A DNA stretch of 64,000 nt from an uncultured Prolixibacteraceae bacterium. Its GTDB lineage: Bacteria > Bacteroidota > Bacteroidia > Bacteroidales > Prolixibacteraceae. Location: assembly GCA_964495655.1 (NCBI GenBank), contig CAZBWK010000003.1, forward strand, positions 707 to 64,706, in the 5' to 3' direction. Positions within the stretch are counted from its first letter, which is position 1, and every line of letters starts with the position of its first letter. Of this stretch, positions 10,025 through 19,150 are shown piece by piece. Made by a program: the position numbers and the translations under genes. The notes beneath the pieces were generated by a model. That model made no database searches. It had not been told where the DNA came from and saw only the letters and a list, made by a program, of their open reading frames with translations.

Positions 10025-11296
10025 TCAGATAGTCCACTGACCCCTCATGGGCTGGTTTATTAAGCGGTTTGCTGCTTCATCATCAATAAATTCCAGTTTT
10101 ACAGGGTCAAATTTCAATGACCGTCCAAGTCTTACAGCTGTGATACCGAGATTTACCAGTGTAGCAGAACGGAATCCGTTTATTTCGTTAAGTGCAAACT
10201 TTTTGCGGGTCAAAACAGATTCTGAGAAGATTGAAATCTGAGGTTCCGGTTCGGGAAGTGTTTTCAGGAATTTCTGGAGGTTTGGAATATTTGACCTGAA
10301 TCCCTGTAATATTTTGCCTCCGGGCCCTTCAATATATGCTGCATCTTTATCTCTGTTCTCGCCGTCCAGAATGATCTTACATCCGTCAGCATAGGTATAT
10401 TCTATTCTGCGCCATGACCCAACAGCATCATAGTGTTGTTGAGGCGCATCTACGTCAATTCTTACAGGACTTGTATCGTCCTTGCTTAAAAGGTATTGAA
10501 CAGGATCAAGGTAATGCTGTCCCATATCACCGAGTCCGCCACCGTCATAATCCCAATATCCGCGGAATTTGGAGTGCACCCTTTCCGGATTATAAGGTTT
10601 GTAAGGGGCAGGCCCCAGCCACATATCATAATCCAGATTTTCGGGAACTGGCATAAGTTTCAGGTTATGTTCACCGCTCCAGAAGAACTTCCAGTTGTAA
10701 CCGGTTATTCCGCTCACTGTTACCTTTAAAGGCCAGCCAAGGATACCGCTGGCGATGATTTTTTTCAACGGTTTCACATCGGTGCCGAGTCCGTAAAATG
10801 TGTCTTTGAACCTGAACCAGGTGTTGAGCCTGAACATCCGGCCATGTGCATTAACAGCTTCCACAACTTTCTTCCCTTCCCCGATAGTGCGGGTCATTGG
10901 TTTTTCACACCAGATATCTTTTCCTGCCTTTGCCGCTTCTGCTGCCATTATACCATGCCAGTGGGGCGGGGTGGCAATGTGGATTATGTCTGCTTCGGGC
11001 AGTTGAAGAACTTCCCTGAAATCATGAAATTTTTTGACTTCATAGTTAATCATACTTTGGGCTTTTTCAAGATGCAGCCTGTCAACATCACAAATGGCTA
11101 CTAAACGTGTACCTTCATAGGGGATATGTCCGCGGCCCATACCGCCGACACCTATGATTGCTTTGGTCAGTTGATCGGAAGGGGGTAAATACCCGTTTCC
11201 GCCCAATACATGCCTGGGGATAATGGTAAAACCTGCTCCCGCAACTAATGCGCTTTTTAGAAACCTTCTTCTTGAAGATTGATTTTTATTATTCAT
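10025..11296 (-). CDS. Gfo/Idh/MocA-family oxidoreductase with twin-arginine signal
   Basis: 423 aa. The Tat motif is SRRRFLKSALVAGAG and the Rossmann N-terminus is AIIGVGGMGRGH. It ends 21 nt upstream of the HEAT/DUF1080 gene on the same strand. Confidence 0.85.
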   Translation of the reverse strand: MNNKNQSSRRRFLKSALVAGAGFTIIPRHVLGGNGYLPPSDQLTKAIIGVGGMGRGHIPYEGTRLVAICDVDRLHLEKAQSMINYEVKKFHDFREVLQLPEADIIHIATPPHWHGIMAAEAAKAGKDIWCEKPMTRTIGEGKKVVEAVNAHGRMFRLNTWFRFKDTFYGLGTDVKPLKKIIASGILGWPLKVTVSGITGYNWKFFWSGEHNLKLMPVPENLDYDMWLGPAPYKPYNPERVHSKFRGYWDYDGGGLGDMGQHYLDPVQYLLSKDDTSPVRIDVDAPQQHYDAVGSWRRIEYTYADGCKIILDGENRDKDAAYIEGPGGKILQGFRSNIPNLQKFLKTLPEPEPQISIFSESVLTRKKFALNEINGFRSATLVNLGITAVRLGRSLKFDPVKLEFIDDEAANRLINQPMRGQWTI

Positions 11297-11346
11297 ATGT
11301 TGCTTGTTAAAAATTTGTAATTCAATATTTTTTTATACCTGCCTGA

Positions 11347-11430
11347 TTTCAAAGGTGCCAATTCCTTGTCCTGATTTCAGCCCGGGAACCCGTATATGGT
11401 TTAATAATACTCCTGCTTCCCGATTTAACC
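11347..11430. repeat. Copy B of the shared GC-rich upstream element (copy A at 2502-2569)
   Basis: The sequence is tttcaaaggtgccaattccttgtcctgatttcagcccgggaacccgtatatggtttaataa, and the block gatttaacc recurs at 11422-11430. The minus strand of 11350-11357 reads CACCTTTG, a near -7 box, 54 nt upstream of the ATG at 11296. Confidence 0.5.
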
Positions 11431-11575
11431 GGGATGTTCATTTCTTATGAAAACTCTGAATTTACATAAATTATTTCAAAGATAATATTTGCATTCTAAA
11501 AATGGATTACATGCAAAATATTTCTTGTCAGGATCCTTTCTGTATAGCTGCATGCAGAACCAAAATAACAGCTTA

Positions 11576-12388
11576 TCATTGTAATTCAATTTTAGCTTTC
11601 ACGGGAAGGTGGTCAGACAGTTTAATTTGAGGTGTGGAAGAACTGATTACTTTCCAGTTTTTTGAGGGTTTATAAAATATATAATCAATTTTAGAATTCG
11701 GATTCTCTGAAGGAATTGTATAATCCGGACTACATGCCTGTTCCCATTTTTTCATCCCTTCCCTGATTTCCGGAGAATCCGGCTTTCCGTTGAAGTCACC
11801 GGCAATTATCAGAGGGTATATGTTTTTTTTAAGCGCTTTATTGATTGCCGCTACCTGCGCCTTTCTCACCCCCGATACTGAATGGTCAAGATGGGTGGAA
11901 ACAAAGGTAAAGCATTTTCCACCGGGAAGTTCAACATCAGCAATTAATGCCGCCCTTTGCTCTTTTGCTCCCTCCGGCATGGGCAGCATTATTTTTCTTG
12001 TCTTTTTAAACGGGTATTTAGACAAAATGCCTATACCGTAGTAACCTCCCGAGTAATCGATAGTCCTGGCATAAGCAGTAAGCATACCTGTCAGATACCC
12101 GAGCCCGGTGATGAAATCTTTTCCATTCTGATGGGGAGCTGCCGGCCTGTTTGTTCTGACATCAACTTCCTGTAAGGCCACTACATCGGGATTTTCAGAA
12201 TTTATATACTCTGCAAATTGTTCTAAAGAGGCAAGTTCCCCAAATCTGAGATTATAACTTAAAACTGTCAGGGGTAACGGTTCATTATCATTGTCCGGCT
12301 GACCGGAAACAACTGCAGGATCTGCAAGAAGTAAAGCGAATATAAAGATCCCGCTGAGAGCAAGGGTTAATTTAGTATTTGAAAACAT
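11576..12388 (-). CDS. Endonuclease/exonuclease/phosphatase (EEP) family protein, secreted
   Basis: 270 aa with a signal peptide. Blocks LSYNLRFG, VALQEVD and the C-terminal SDHLPV are typical of the EEP fold. The start lies 1 nt after the lipB stop. Confidence 0.75.
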   Translation of the reverse strand: MFSNTKLTLALSGIFIFALLLADPAVVSGQPDNDNEPLPLTVLSYNLRFGELASLEQFAEYINSENPDVVALQEVDVRTNRPAAPHQNGKDFITGLGYLTGMLTAYARTIDYSGGYYGIGILSKYPFKKTRKIMLPMPEGAKEQRAALIADVELPGGKCFTFVSTHLDHSVSGVRKAQVAAINKALKKNIYPLIIAGDFNGKPDSPEIREGMKKWEQACSPDYTIPSENPNSKIDYIFYKPSKNWKVISSSTPQIKLSDHLPVKAKIELQ

Positions 12389-12389
12389 A

Positions 12390-13055
12390 TCAGAATAATT
12401 TGTTAAACTTCTCTTTTAATACTGTTTTTACCTCTTCTAACGGGACTTCCCGATCCAGTTCTTTTTTTATCGATGTTACTCCAAGTGTCATTCCGCAGGG
12501 ATTGATATATCTGAAATAATTGAGGTCGGTGTTTACATTGAGTGCAAATCCGTGCATAGTAACATAACGGCTTACACGGACACCTATTGCACATATCTTA
12601 CGGGCATTCAGAGGATGTGCTGCTTCAATCCATACTCCTGTGGCTCCCTCTTTGTGACTACCCTCAATGCCAAAAACGGACAGCAGCTCGATTATCGCAT
12701 TCTCCATCTTTTCGATATACTGTCGTACACCAAGTTTATAGTACTCAAGGTCCATTAAAGGATAGCCCACGATCTGGCCCGGACCGTGATAGGTTATGTC
12801 GCCTCCCCTGTTAATCCTGAAAAAGGTTGCATCTATTTTTTTCAGAAATTCTTCGTTTGCGAGCAGGTTCTTTTCGTCACCGCTTTTACCCAGTGTGTAT
12901 ACATTTGGGTGTTCTACTAAGAGAAAGAAGTTTTTTCCTGAGGGTTTCCCCAGCCTCTTTTTATCTTCTGTGATTTCCGAAAGTAACATCTCCTGGAAGT
13001 CCCAGCAGGATTTGTAATCTTTAAGTCCGAGGTCTGTGTAATTAAAGTCTGCCAT
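12390..13055 (-). CDS. lipB: Lipoyl(octanoyl) transferase
   Basis: 221 aa. Blocks RGGDITYHGPGQIVGYP and KICAIGVR are LipB hallmarks. Confidence 0.9.
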   Translation of the reverse strand: MADFNYTDLGLKDYKSCWDFQEMLLSEITEDKKRLGKPSGKNFFLLVEHPNVYTLGKSGDEKNLLANEEFLKKIDATFFRINRGGDITYHGPGQIVGYPLMDLEYYKLGVRQYIEKMENAIIELLSVFGIEGSHKEGATGVWIEAAHPLNARKICAIGVRVSRYVTMHGFALNVNTDLNYFRYINPCGMTLGVTSIKKELDREVPLEEVKTVLKEKFNKLF

Positions 13056-13070
13056 CTGATAAATAGGTTT

Positions 13071-13925
13071 TTATTTCTCCACAACAATGATGTCCTGGAA
13101 ATCTGTCAATTCTCTTTTGTTTTTAATATTTTTCCAGTAACCGTGAACAATATTGGTAATTCTGAACCCCCTGTTTTTAATAATTTTTACAATATGTTGT
13201 TCCTCAAAAGCAACATTAGCACTTTTCACATTTTCGTTCATAAGCCTGTATCCCTTCCGTTTATAAGGGAAACGAAAGGAGTTGGATTCAGCAATATATT
13301 GTTCTTCAAATTCATTATAAACAAAAAAAGTTGCCAGGCATACACCACCGTGTTTCAGTACCCTGTATATCTCATTCAGGTAATGGTCTGTTTCGGACTC
13401 CTGCATGTGGGTAAAAACAGAAAAGAGAAAAACCACATCATACCGGTTGTCCTGATAGGGAAAAATGAAATCCTCCGGTCTTTTACCGGTTGCACTGTAA
13501 AGATCGTTCTTTAATGGGATATACTGAAAATGGAAATTTGGAAAATTGCCGCTGATATTTTTTGTACACCATTTTATGCCTTTTTCAACAACATCAAATC
13601 CCACATATTTCCCTTTACTGTTCAAAAAATCAGTCAGGGCGACAGCGCTTCTTCCGATACCGCAGCCAATATCAAGAATTTCATGATCCGGTTTAATTCC
13701 TGCATATTCCTTTAACAGATCCAGATGATGGATCCCCTGCTCAATAAAATCGCCCGATCCAATATAGATGTCTCCTTTATCAGGTACCATTCTCTTTTTT
13801 TTACCTGACAATTTTGAACAGGTATCTGCCGGCAGATAGTATAATTTTCTGGCCAGAAGCCTCATTCCGGGTGGCAGCTTATAATATAATGTTCTTAAAT
13901 TCATCGACCTGAATATTATAGGCAT
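13071..13925 (-). CDS. Class I SAM-dependent methyltransferase
   Basis: 284 aa. Motif I is ILDIGCGIGR and the post-I region is VGFD..E. It is wedged between lipA (3-nt gap) and lipB (15-nt gap). Confidence 0.75.
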   Translation of the reverse strand: MPIIFRSMNLRTLYYKLPPGMRLLARKLYYLPADTCSKLSGKKKRMVPDKGDIYIGSGDFIEQGIHHLDLLKEYAGIKPDHEILDIGCGIGRSAVALTDFLNSKGKYVGFDVVEKGIKWCTKNISGNFPNFHFQYIPLKNDLYSATGKRPEDFIFPYQDNRYDVVFLFSVFTHMQESETDHYLNEIYRVLKHGGVCLATFFVYNEFEEQYIAESNSFRFPYKRKGYRLMNENVKSANVAFEEQHIVKIIKNRGFRITNIVHGYWKNIKNKRELTDFQDIIVVEK

Positions 13926-13928
13926 TGA

Positions 13929-14792
13929 TCAGGCATTAACATGTTCTTCAGCTCTGTATGAGCTTCTTACCAGAGGTGCACTCTCAACAAATGAAAAACC
14001 TTTTTCAATACCTTTATCATGATATTCATCAAACAGTTCCGGTCTGATATATTCAACTACGGGAATATGATTTAGAGTTGGAGCCAGGTATTGTCCTATT
14101 GTCATAACTTTACACCCGGCACTCCTCAGATCGTCCATTGTTTGTAAGATTTCTCCTCTTGTTTCACCAAGTCCGAGCATTATTCCTGATTTGGCAATTT
14201 TGTCATTATCTGCAATAAACCTCAGCACATCGAGGCTGCGCCGGTATTTTGCAGCTGAACGGATTTTTGGTGTCAGCCTTTCTACTGTTTCAAGATTGTG
14301 TGATACCACATCCGGTCCGGCATCCAGAACCTTTTTAATGAGATTCACATCCCCGCTGAAGTCAGGTATCAGAACTTCAATCTTTGTTTCAGGATTAATT
14401 TTTTTTATCTCTTTTATTGTGAGAGCCCAGATACGTGCACCCTGATCAGCCAGGTCATCACGGTCGACTGAGGTAATAACACAATGTTTTAATTCCATTA
14501 TTTTAACCGATTCGGCAATTTTGCGTGGTTCATCTTCATCGGGGGGAAGGGGTTTTCCTGTTTTCACACCACAAAATTTGCAGCTGCGGGTGCAAATATC
14601 CCCTAAAATCATAAATGTTGCGGTCCCCCTGTTCCAGCAGTCTCGAATATTTGGACAATTACCACTTGTGCAAATTGTATGCAGCCCATGTACATTGACC
14701 AGGTTTTTTATCTTTGGGTAATTTACCCCTTTCGGCAATTTCATTTTCATCCACCGGGGCAACCTTTGCCTTTCTTTCAGATCATTATCCAT
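13929..14792 (-). CDS. lipA: Lipoyl synthase (radical SAM)
   Basis: Cysteine motifs CTSGNCPNIRDC and CTRSCKFCGV are present. The ORF track starts at 14864, but I prefer the ATG at 14792 (MDNDLKERQRLPRW..., 287 aa). A TACTTTTG -7 box sits inside the longer version. Confidence 0.9.
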   Translation of the reverse strand: MDNDLKERQRLPRWMKMKLPKGVNYPKIKNLVNVHGLHTICTSGNCPNIRDCWNRGTATFMILGDICTRSCKFCGVKTGKPLPPDEDEPRKIAESVKIMELKHCVITSVDRDDLADQGARIWALTIKEIKKINPETKIEVLIPDFSGDVNLIKKVLDAGPDVVSHNLETVERLTPKIRSAAKYRRSLDVLRFIADNDKIAKSGIMLGLGETRGEILQTMDDLRSAGCKVMTIGQYLAPTLNHIPVVEYIRPELFDEYHDKGIEKGFSFVESAPLVRSSYRAEEHVNA

Positions 14793-14809
14793 ATTAATAA
14801 TATTTGATG

Positions 14810-14817
14810 CAAAAGTA
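14810..14817 (-). promoter_or_regulatory. Putative -7 box for the lipA operon
   Basis: The minus strand reads TACTTTTG (TAnnTTTG), about 17 nt upstream of the ATG at 14792. Confidence 0.4.
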
Positions 14818-14948
14818 ATTCTAACCAGCATAATACACAAATATTGAAAATTGTTAAATACCATCCTTCTGTTTAAAAACTTCCAAAAAGTCGCAAATAT
14901 TAGATTTCGGTGTTATTTTTGTAACTTGTACAAAAAATATTTTTCTGC

Positions 14949-16841
14949 ATGAAGTATTTGCCGGTAATTTTAATATTAATACTCAATATAAACCTAATAT
15001 TTGCCCAAAACAGGCAGCAGGAGATTCAGACCAACTCCAGCCTTGCACTCTCTTATTATAAGGCCAAAGATTATGAAAAGGCTGCTCCTTTACTCCTGGA
15101 GGTATATAAACTTACCGGTAATAATTATTTTTTCAGGCTGTTTTTGACCTCACTGATAGAGTTAAAACTATATGACGAGGCTGAAGTTCAGATAAAGAAT
15201 GAGATAAAAAAACGCCGAAATCCTAATCCTGAGTTATATATTAATTGGGGATATCTTCTGAAGTCACAAAAAAGGGACGATGAAGCCCGGTCAAAATATT
15301 CTGAAGCGTTGAATATTATCCCTGCCAGTAAAGGAAATTTTTTAATTGCTGCCAATATATTTTTACAATGGGCAGAGTATGAATGGGCAGAAAAGGTATA
15401 TCAGAAGGGCAGAAAAGTTTTACCTCAGGAACAGTTCAATTATGAACTTGCCAGGGTTTATATGTATCTCCGTTCTTATGATAATATGATGGAGGAGTAT
15501 CTCGACCTCATCAGGTCGGATGAAAAACAACTGAAGCGAATAGAGAGCAGTCTTGCCGCTGCACTGAGGATTGACATAAACGATGACCTTCGCGACGGCT
15601 TCAGACAGCAGGTTTTAAAACGGCTTCAGGAAGAACCTAATGTTACTGGTTATAACAGGCTGTTAATATGGTTTTTACTGCAGGATAAACAGTTTACCGG
15701 AGCATTACGGCAGTCAATTGCGCTTGACCGTCGTACAGGTGGAGAGGATGCACAAATATTTCAGTTGGGAAACCTGGCTATGAACAATCACAGGTATGAA
15801 GAAGCAAAGAAAGCTTTCGATTATCTGATATTGAAGGGAGAGGATAATCCTTTTTATAAACAGGCATTTATGCAAAATATTCATGCATCCTATATTCAGT
15901 ATATTAGAAATGAAGCAGATAATATAAAAGCAGGTAAATTTGTTGCCGGTCAGTTTGATAAAGGATTGGAACTGATGGGTTATTCTGCTTCCACCCTTAA
16001 CATGATACGAGAATACAGTCACCTTCTGGCATTTTATCTGGACGAAACAGATAAAGCAATTTCTATTCTGGAAAATAGTCTTCAGATACCAGGCCTTAAA
16101 CCGGAGGAAAAAGGCATTTTAAAAACAGAAATAGCTGATATATATTTATATACAGGTGATCAGTGGGAAGCTGTACTGTTATATTCCCAGGTTATTGATG
16201 AAAATAAAAATAATGAACTGGGTGATGAGGTAAAGCTTAAAAAAGCCAGACTTGGTTATTATATGGGTAACTTCAGTTGGGCTAAGGCACAGCTTGACAT
16301 TCTAAAGGGGAGTACCTCTAAGTTTACTGCAAATGATGCCATGGAGCTTTCAATGCTGATTGGAAATAATCTTAACCTGGATACAACTGCAGTTCCTTTA
16401 CAAATGTTTGCCAGAGCTGACCTTCTCTTTTTCAGGAATAAAGACTCACTTGCCCTGGCAACCCTCGACTCTTTGGCAGAGTTATATCCTTACCATACTC
16501 TTATTGACGATATACTTTTCAGGAAGTCAAAAATTGAGATCGACAGGAATAATTATTTAAAAGCAGCAGAATATCTTGAGCAGATAAGGGCTGAATTCAG
16601 TTATGAGTTGCTTGCCGACAATGCTTTGTTTTTGCTGGCAGAGTTGTATAATTATCATTTAGACCGGAAAGAGAAAGCGAAAGAGCTGTATCTGGAAATG
16701 CTTACCATGCATCCTGGCAGTGTCTTTATTGAAGAATCCAGAGAAAAATACAGGGAGTTGAGGGAACAATATCCGGATGAAACCGTTCACCCTGCGGAGG
16801 AAGAGTTTATAGAGGAGAGTGTACCGGATGAGATCAACTGA
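14949..16841 (+). CDS. Tetratricopeptide-repeat protein, secreted
   Basis: 630 aa with a signal peptide. It contains repeated helical A..Y..A/L TPR-like units. No catalytic motif was recognised. Confidence 0.6.
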   Translation: MKYLPVILILILNINLIFAQNRQQEIQTNSSLALSYYKAKDYEKAAPLLLEVYKLTGNNYFFRLFLTSLIELKLYDEAEVQIKNEIKKRRNPNPELYINWGYLLKSQKRDDEARSKYSEALNIIPASKGNFLIAANIFLQWAEYEWAEKVYQKGRKVLPQEQFNYELARVYMYLRSYDNMMEEYLDLIRSDEKQLKRIESSLAAALRIDINDDLRDGFRQQVLKRLQEEPNVTGYNRLLIWFLLQDKQFTGALRQSIALDRRTGGEDAQIFQLGNLAMNNHRYEEAKKAFDYLILKGEDNPFYKQAFMQNIHASYIQYIRNEADNIKAGKFVAGQFDKGLELMGYSASTLNMIREYSHLLAFYLDETDKAISILENSLQIPGLKPEEKGILKTEIADIYLYTGDQWEAVLLYSQVIDENKNNELGDEVKLKKARLGYYMGNFSWAKAQLDILKGSTSKFTANDAMELSMLIGNNLNLDTTAVPLQMFARADLLFFRNKDSLALATLDSLAELYPYHTLIDDILFRKSKIEIDRNNYLKAAEYLEQIRAEFSYELLADNALFLLAELYNYHLDRKEKAKELYLEMLTMHPGSVFIEESREKYRELREQYPDETVHPAEEEFIEESVPDEIN

Positions 16842-17736
16842 TAAAGCATATCTCTATGCCGGTCTTGCCGTTTTGTTTTGGTCTACCGTTGCCACTGCCT
16901 TTAAAATCGCACTGAGAGGACTGGACTTCATTCAACTTATTTTTTTTGCATCAGCAGTTACAGTGGTAATATTGATGATACTTATACTGGCACAGGGAAA
17001 GTTTATGCACCTTTTCAGCCTGTCCCGAAAAAATGTAATTTTTTCATTGATACTGGGGGCTGTTAATCCGGCAGCATATTATATTGTTCTGTTTAAAGCC
17101 TATTCGTTGTTACCAGCCCAGGTTGCCCAGCCGGTTAATATGGTGTGGCCTGTTGTGTTAACTTTCCTGTCAGTGCCGTTGTTAGGACAAAAAATTGGCA
17201 GGCTGAGTATTGCAGGACTATTGATCAGTTTTACCGGCGTGGTCTTTATCTCTTTACAAGGGGGAGCTGAAGGTTTCAGACAAACCAGTATTACAGGAGT
17301 ACTCCTTGCTCTTGGAAGTTCGTTCCTCTGGGCTTTTTTCTGGATTTTAAATGTAAGAAACAGGGGGGATGCCCTGATAAATCTATTTTTAAATTTTTTT
17401 TCGGGATTGATAATTCTTACAGTAGTAATGATCCTTTTTTCTGATTTCAGAGTCATTTGGGATATCAGTTTATTTGCTGCTATCTACGTTGGTATTTTTG
17501 AAACCGGAATTACATATATATTCTGGATGAAGGCTATGCAATACAGTTCCAATAATGCAAGAACAGGGACCCTGATCTATCTGACCCCTTTTATTTCGCT
17601 GATTTTTATTAGGTTTATTTTGAAAGAGACCTTGTATCTGACTACCTTTACAGGATTAATCTTTATTGTTGCCGGTATTTTGGTGCAGCGGCTGGACAAA
17701 AAAAATGACGGATTGCATGCCAAATCAAATAATTAG
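16828..17736 (+). CDS. DMT-superfamily (EamA-like) transporter
   Basis: About 302 aa with ten hydrophobic segments and a duplicated EamA-like architecture. The ORF track starts at a GTG at 16819. The ATG at 16828 overlaps the TPR gene by 14 nt. Confidence 0.8.
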   Translation: MRSTDKAYLYAGLAVLFWSTVATAFKIALRGLDFIQLIFFASAVTVVILMILILAQGKFMHLFSLSRKNVIFSLILGAVNPAAYYIVLFKAYSLLPAQVAQPVNMVWPVVLTFLSVPLLGQKIGRLSIAGLLISFTGVVFISLQGGAEGFRQTSITGVLLALGSSFLWAFFWILNVRNRGDALINLFLNFFSGLIILTVVMILFSDFRVIWDISLFAAIYVGIFETGITYIFWMKAMQYSSNNARTGTLIYLTPFISLIFIRFILKETLYLTTFTGLIFIVAGILVQRLDKKNDGLHAKSNN

Positions 17737-18271
17737 AATCTTAGGTATCGATCCCGGTACCACGGTTACCGGTTATGGCCTTGTGGAGATAAGGGACAAC
17801 AGACCTGTAATTTTAAATATGGGAACCCTTGTGCCGGGGAGGTTTGCCAACCACTATGAGAGGCTTAAGCACCTCCATGAACGGTCATTGCATCTTATGG
17901 AGGAGTACCGTCCTGATGTCATGGCAATTGAAGCTCCTTTTTACGGCAAGAATGTACAGTCAATGCTAAAACTGGGAAGGGGACAGGGAGTTATAATGGC
18001 TGCAGCCCTTCATTATTCAGTTCCCATATTTGAGTATGCCCCCCTGCTGGTTAAGCAATCTATTACAGGAATGGGAAGGGCATCCAAGGAGCAGGTGGCC
18101 TATTTCCTGCAAAAGGTGTATAATCTTGCTGATCTTGACGAGGGACTGGATGCAAGCGATGCCATAGCTGTGGCGATATGCCATTTTATCCAGCAGGACA
18201 AGCCAAAAAAATCAAAAGAGTACAGGAACTGGAGTGATTTTATCAAAAAAAATCCTGACAGGATAAAATAG
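17705..18271 (+). CDS. ruvC: Crossover junction endodeoxyribonuclease RuvC
   Basis: Blocks RILGIDPGTTVTGYG, AIEAPFYGKN and SDAIAVAICH match RuvC. The ORF-track TTG at 17666 is unlikely. The plausible starts are the ATGs at 17705 or 17717. Confidence 0.9.
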   Translation: MTDCMPNQIIRILGIDPGTTVTGYGLVEIRDNRPVILNMGTLVPGRFANHYERLKHLHERSLHLMEEYRPDVMAIEAPFYGKNVQSMLKLGRGQGVIMAAALHYSVPIFEYAPLLVKQSITGMGRASKEQVAYFLQKVYNLADLDEGLDASDAIAVAICHFIQQDKPKKSKEYRNWSDFIKKNPDRIK

Positions 18272-18466
18272 ATACTGTTGAAAATGATTTTGTTGTAGAT
18301 CCGGGTTTCCTCAAGGAGGTGTTTCAGCTTTGCGGGGAACATGAATTAAGATCTTTGAGGTGTTGAGATCTGAATGAATTCTTTAACAGCGATTAATATA
18401 GTATTTACACTCTGATTAAACAGAGAAAAATGCTTTTTATCTTTTTTTTAAAGATAATTTTTATAC

Positions 18467-18474
18467 TATCTTTG
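18467..18474 (+). promoter_or_regulatory. Putative -7 box for rpsP
   Basis: TATCTTTG lies 26 nt upstream of the rpsP ATG. Confidence 0.45.
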
Positions 18475-18500
18475 CGCCTCGTTATTTAAATTATTAATAT

Positions 18501-19112
18501 ATGCCGGTAAAAATGAGATTAGCGCGGCACGGCCGCAAACGTTATGCTTACTACCACATTGTGGTAGCAGATAGCAGGGCGCCACGGGATGGCAGGTACA
18601 TTGAGCGGATTGGTTTTTATAATCCGAATACGAATCCTGCTACAATAAATCTCGATTTTGATAAAGCTTATGACTGGCTTACAAAAGGCGCACAACCAAC
18701 CGACACCGTAAGGGCAATTTTGTCTTATAAAGGTGTTCTTTACAAAAAACACCTTATGGGTGGAGTAAAAAAGGGAGCTTTCGATGAAGAGGAGGCTCAG
18801 AGCAGGTTTGAAAAATGGATTACGGAGAAAGAGTCACAAATCCGTGCCAAAAAAGAAAGTATTGAAAATGATGTAGATGCAGCAATGAAAAAATTATTGG
18901 CTGCAGAAACAAAAAAGAAAGAGGAGAGGGCCGCAGAATTAGCTGCAAGAAATGCTGAACTGGCAAAGGAAGCAGAAGCAAATATTGAGGTTAAAGAGGA
19001 AGAGGTACCTTCAGAAGAAGGTGATGCCGGTGAAGCTGCTGCAGAAACTACCTCAGGAGGAGCTGCAGAAGAGACCGAAAAAACTGACAGTGAAAAACAG
19101 GAAAGTGAATAG
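18501..19112 (+). CDS. rpsP: 30S ribosomal protein S16 with a long K/E/A-rich C-terminal tail
   Basis: The core [42 protein letters not shown] is followed by a low-complexity extension of about 110 aa, as is common in Bacteroidota. Confidence 0.95.
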   Translation: MPVKMRLARHGRKRYAYYHIVVADSRAPRDGRYIERIGFYNPNTNPATINLDFDKAYDWLTKGAQPTDTVRAILSYKGVLYKKHLMGGVKKGAFDEEEAQSRFEKWITEKESQIRAKKESIENDVDAAMKKLLAAETKKKEERAAELAARNAELAKEAEANIEVKEEEVPSEEGDAGEAAAETTSGGAAEETEKTDSEKQESE

Positions 19113-19150
19113 CAGACCTGCATTTTAGTTTAAGGATCCGGAAAAATCAT

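Noticed and set aside
17666-17716. Long N-terminal extensions in the ORF track for ruvC, pntB, ahcY, tatC, radC, GH29, the aminotransferase, lipA and the EamA transporter.
   Set aside because: These begin at TTG or GTG, or run through promoters, terminators or upstream genes. Conserved N-termini and downstream ATGs fit better. The exact starts remain uncertain without homolog alignment.
18797-19123. A 108-aa minus-strand ORF opposite the rpsP tail.
   Set aside because: It is a mirror image of the K/E/A-rich low-complexity S16 extension and gives an S/A/F-rich nonsense sequence. The S16 tail itself is a known Bacteroidota trait and is not novel.
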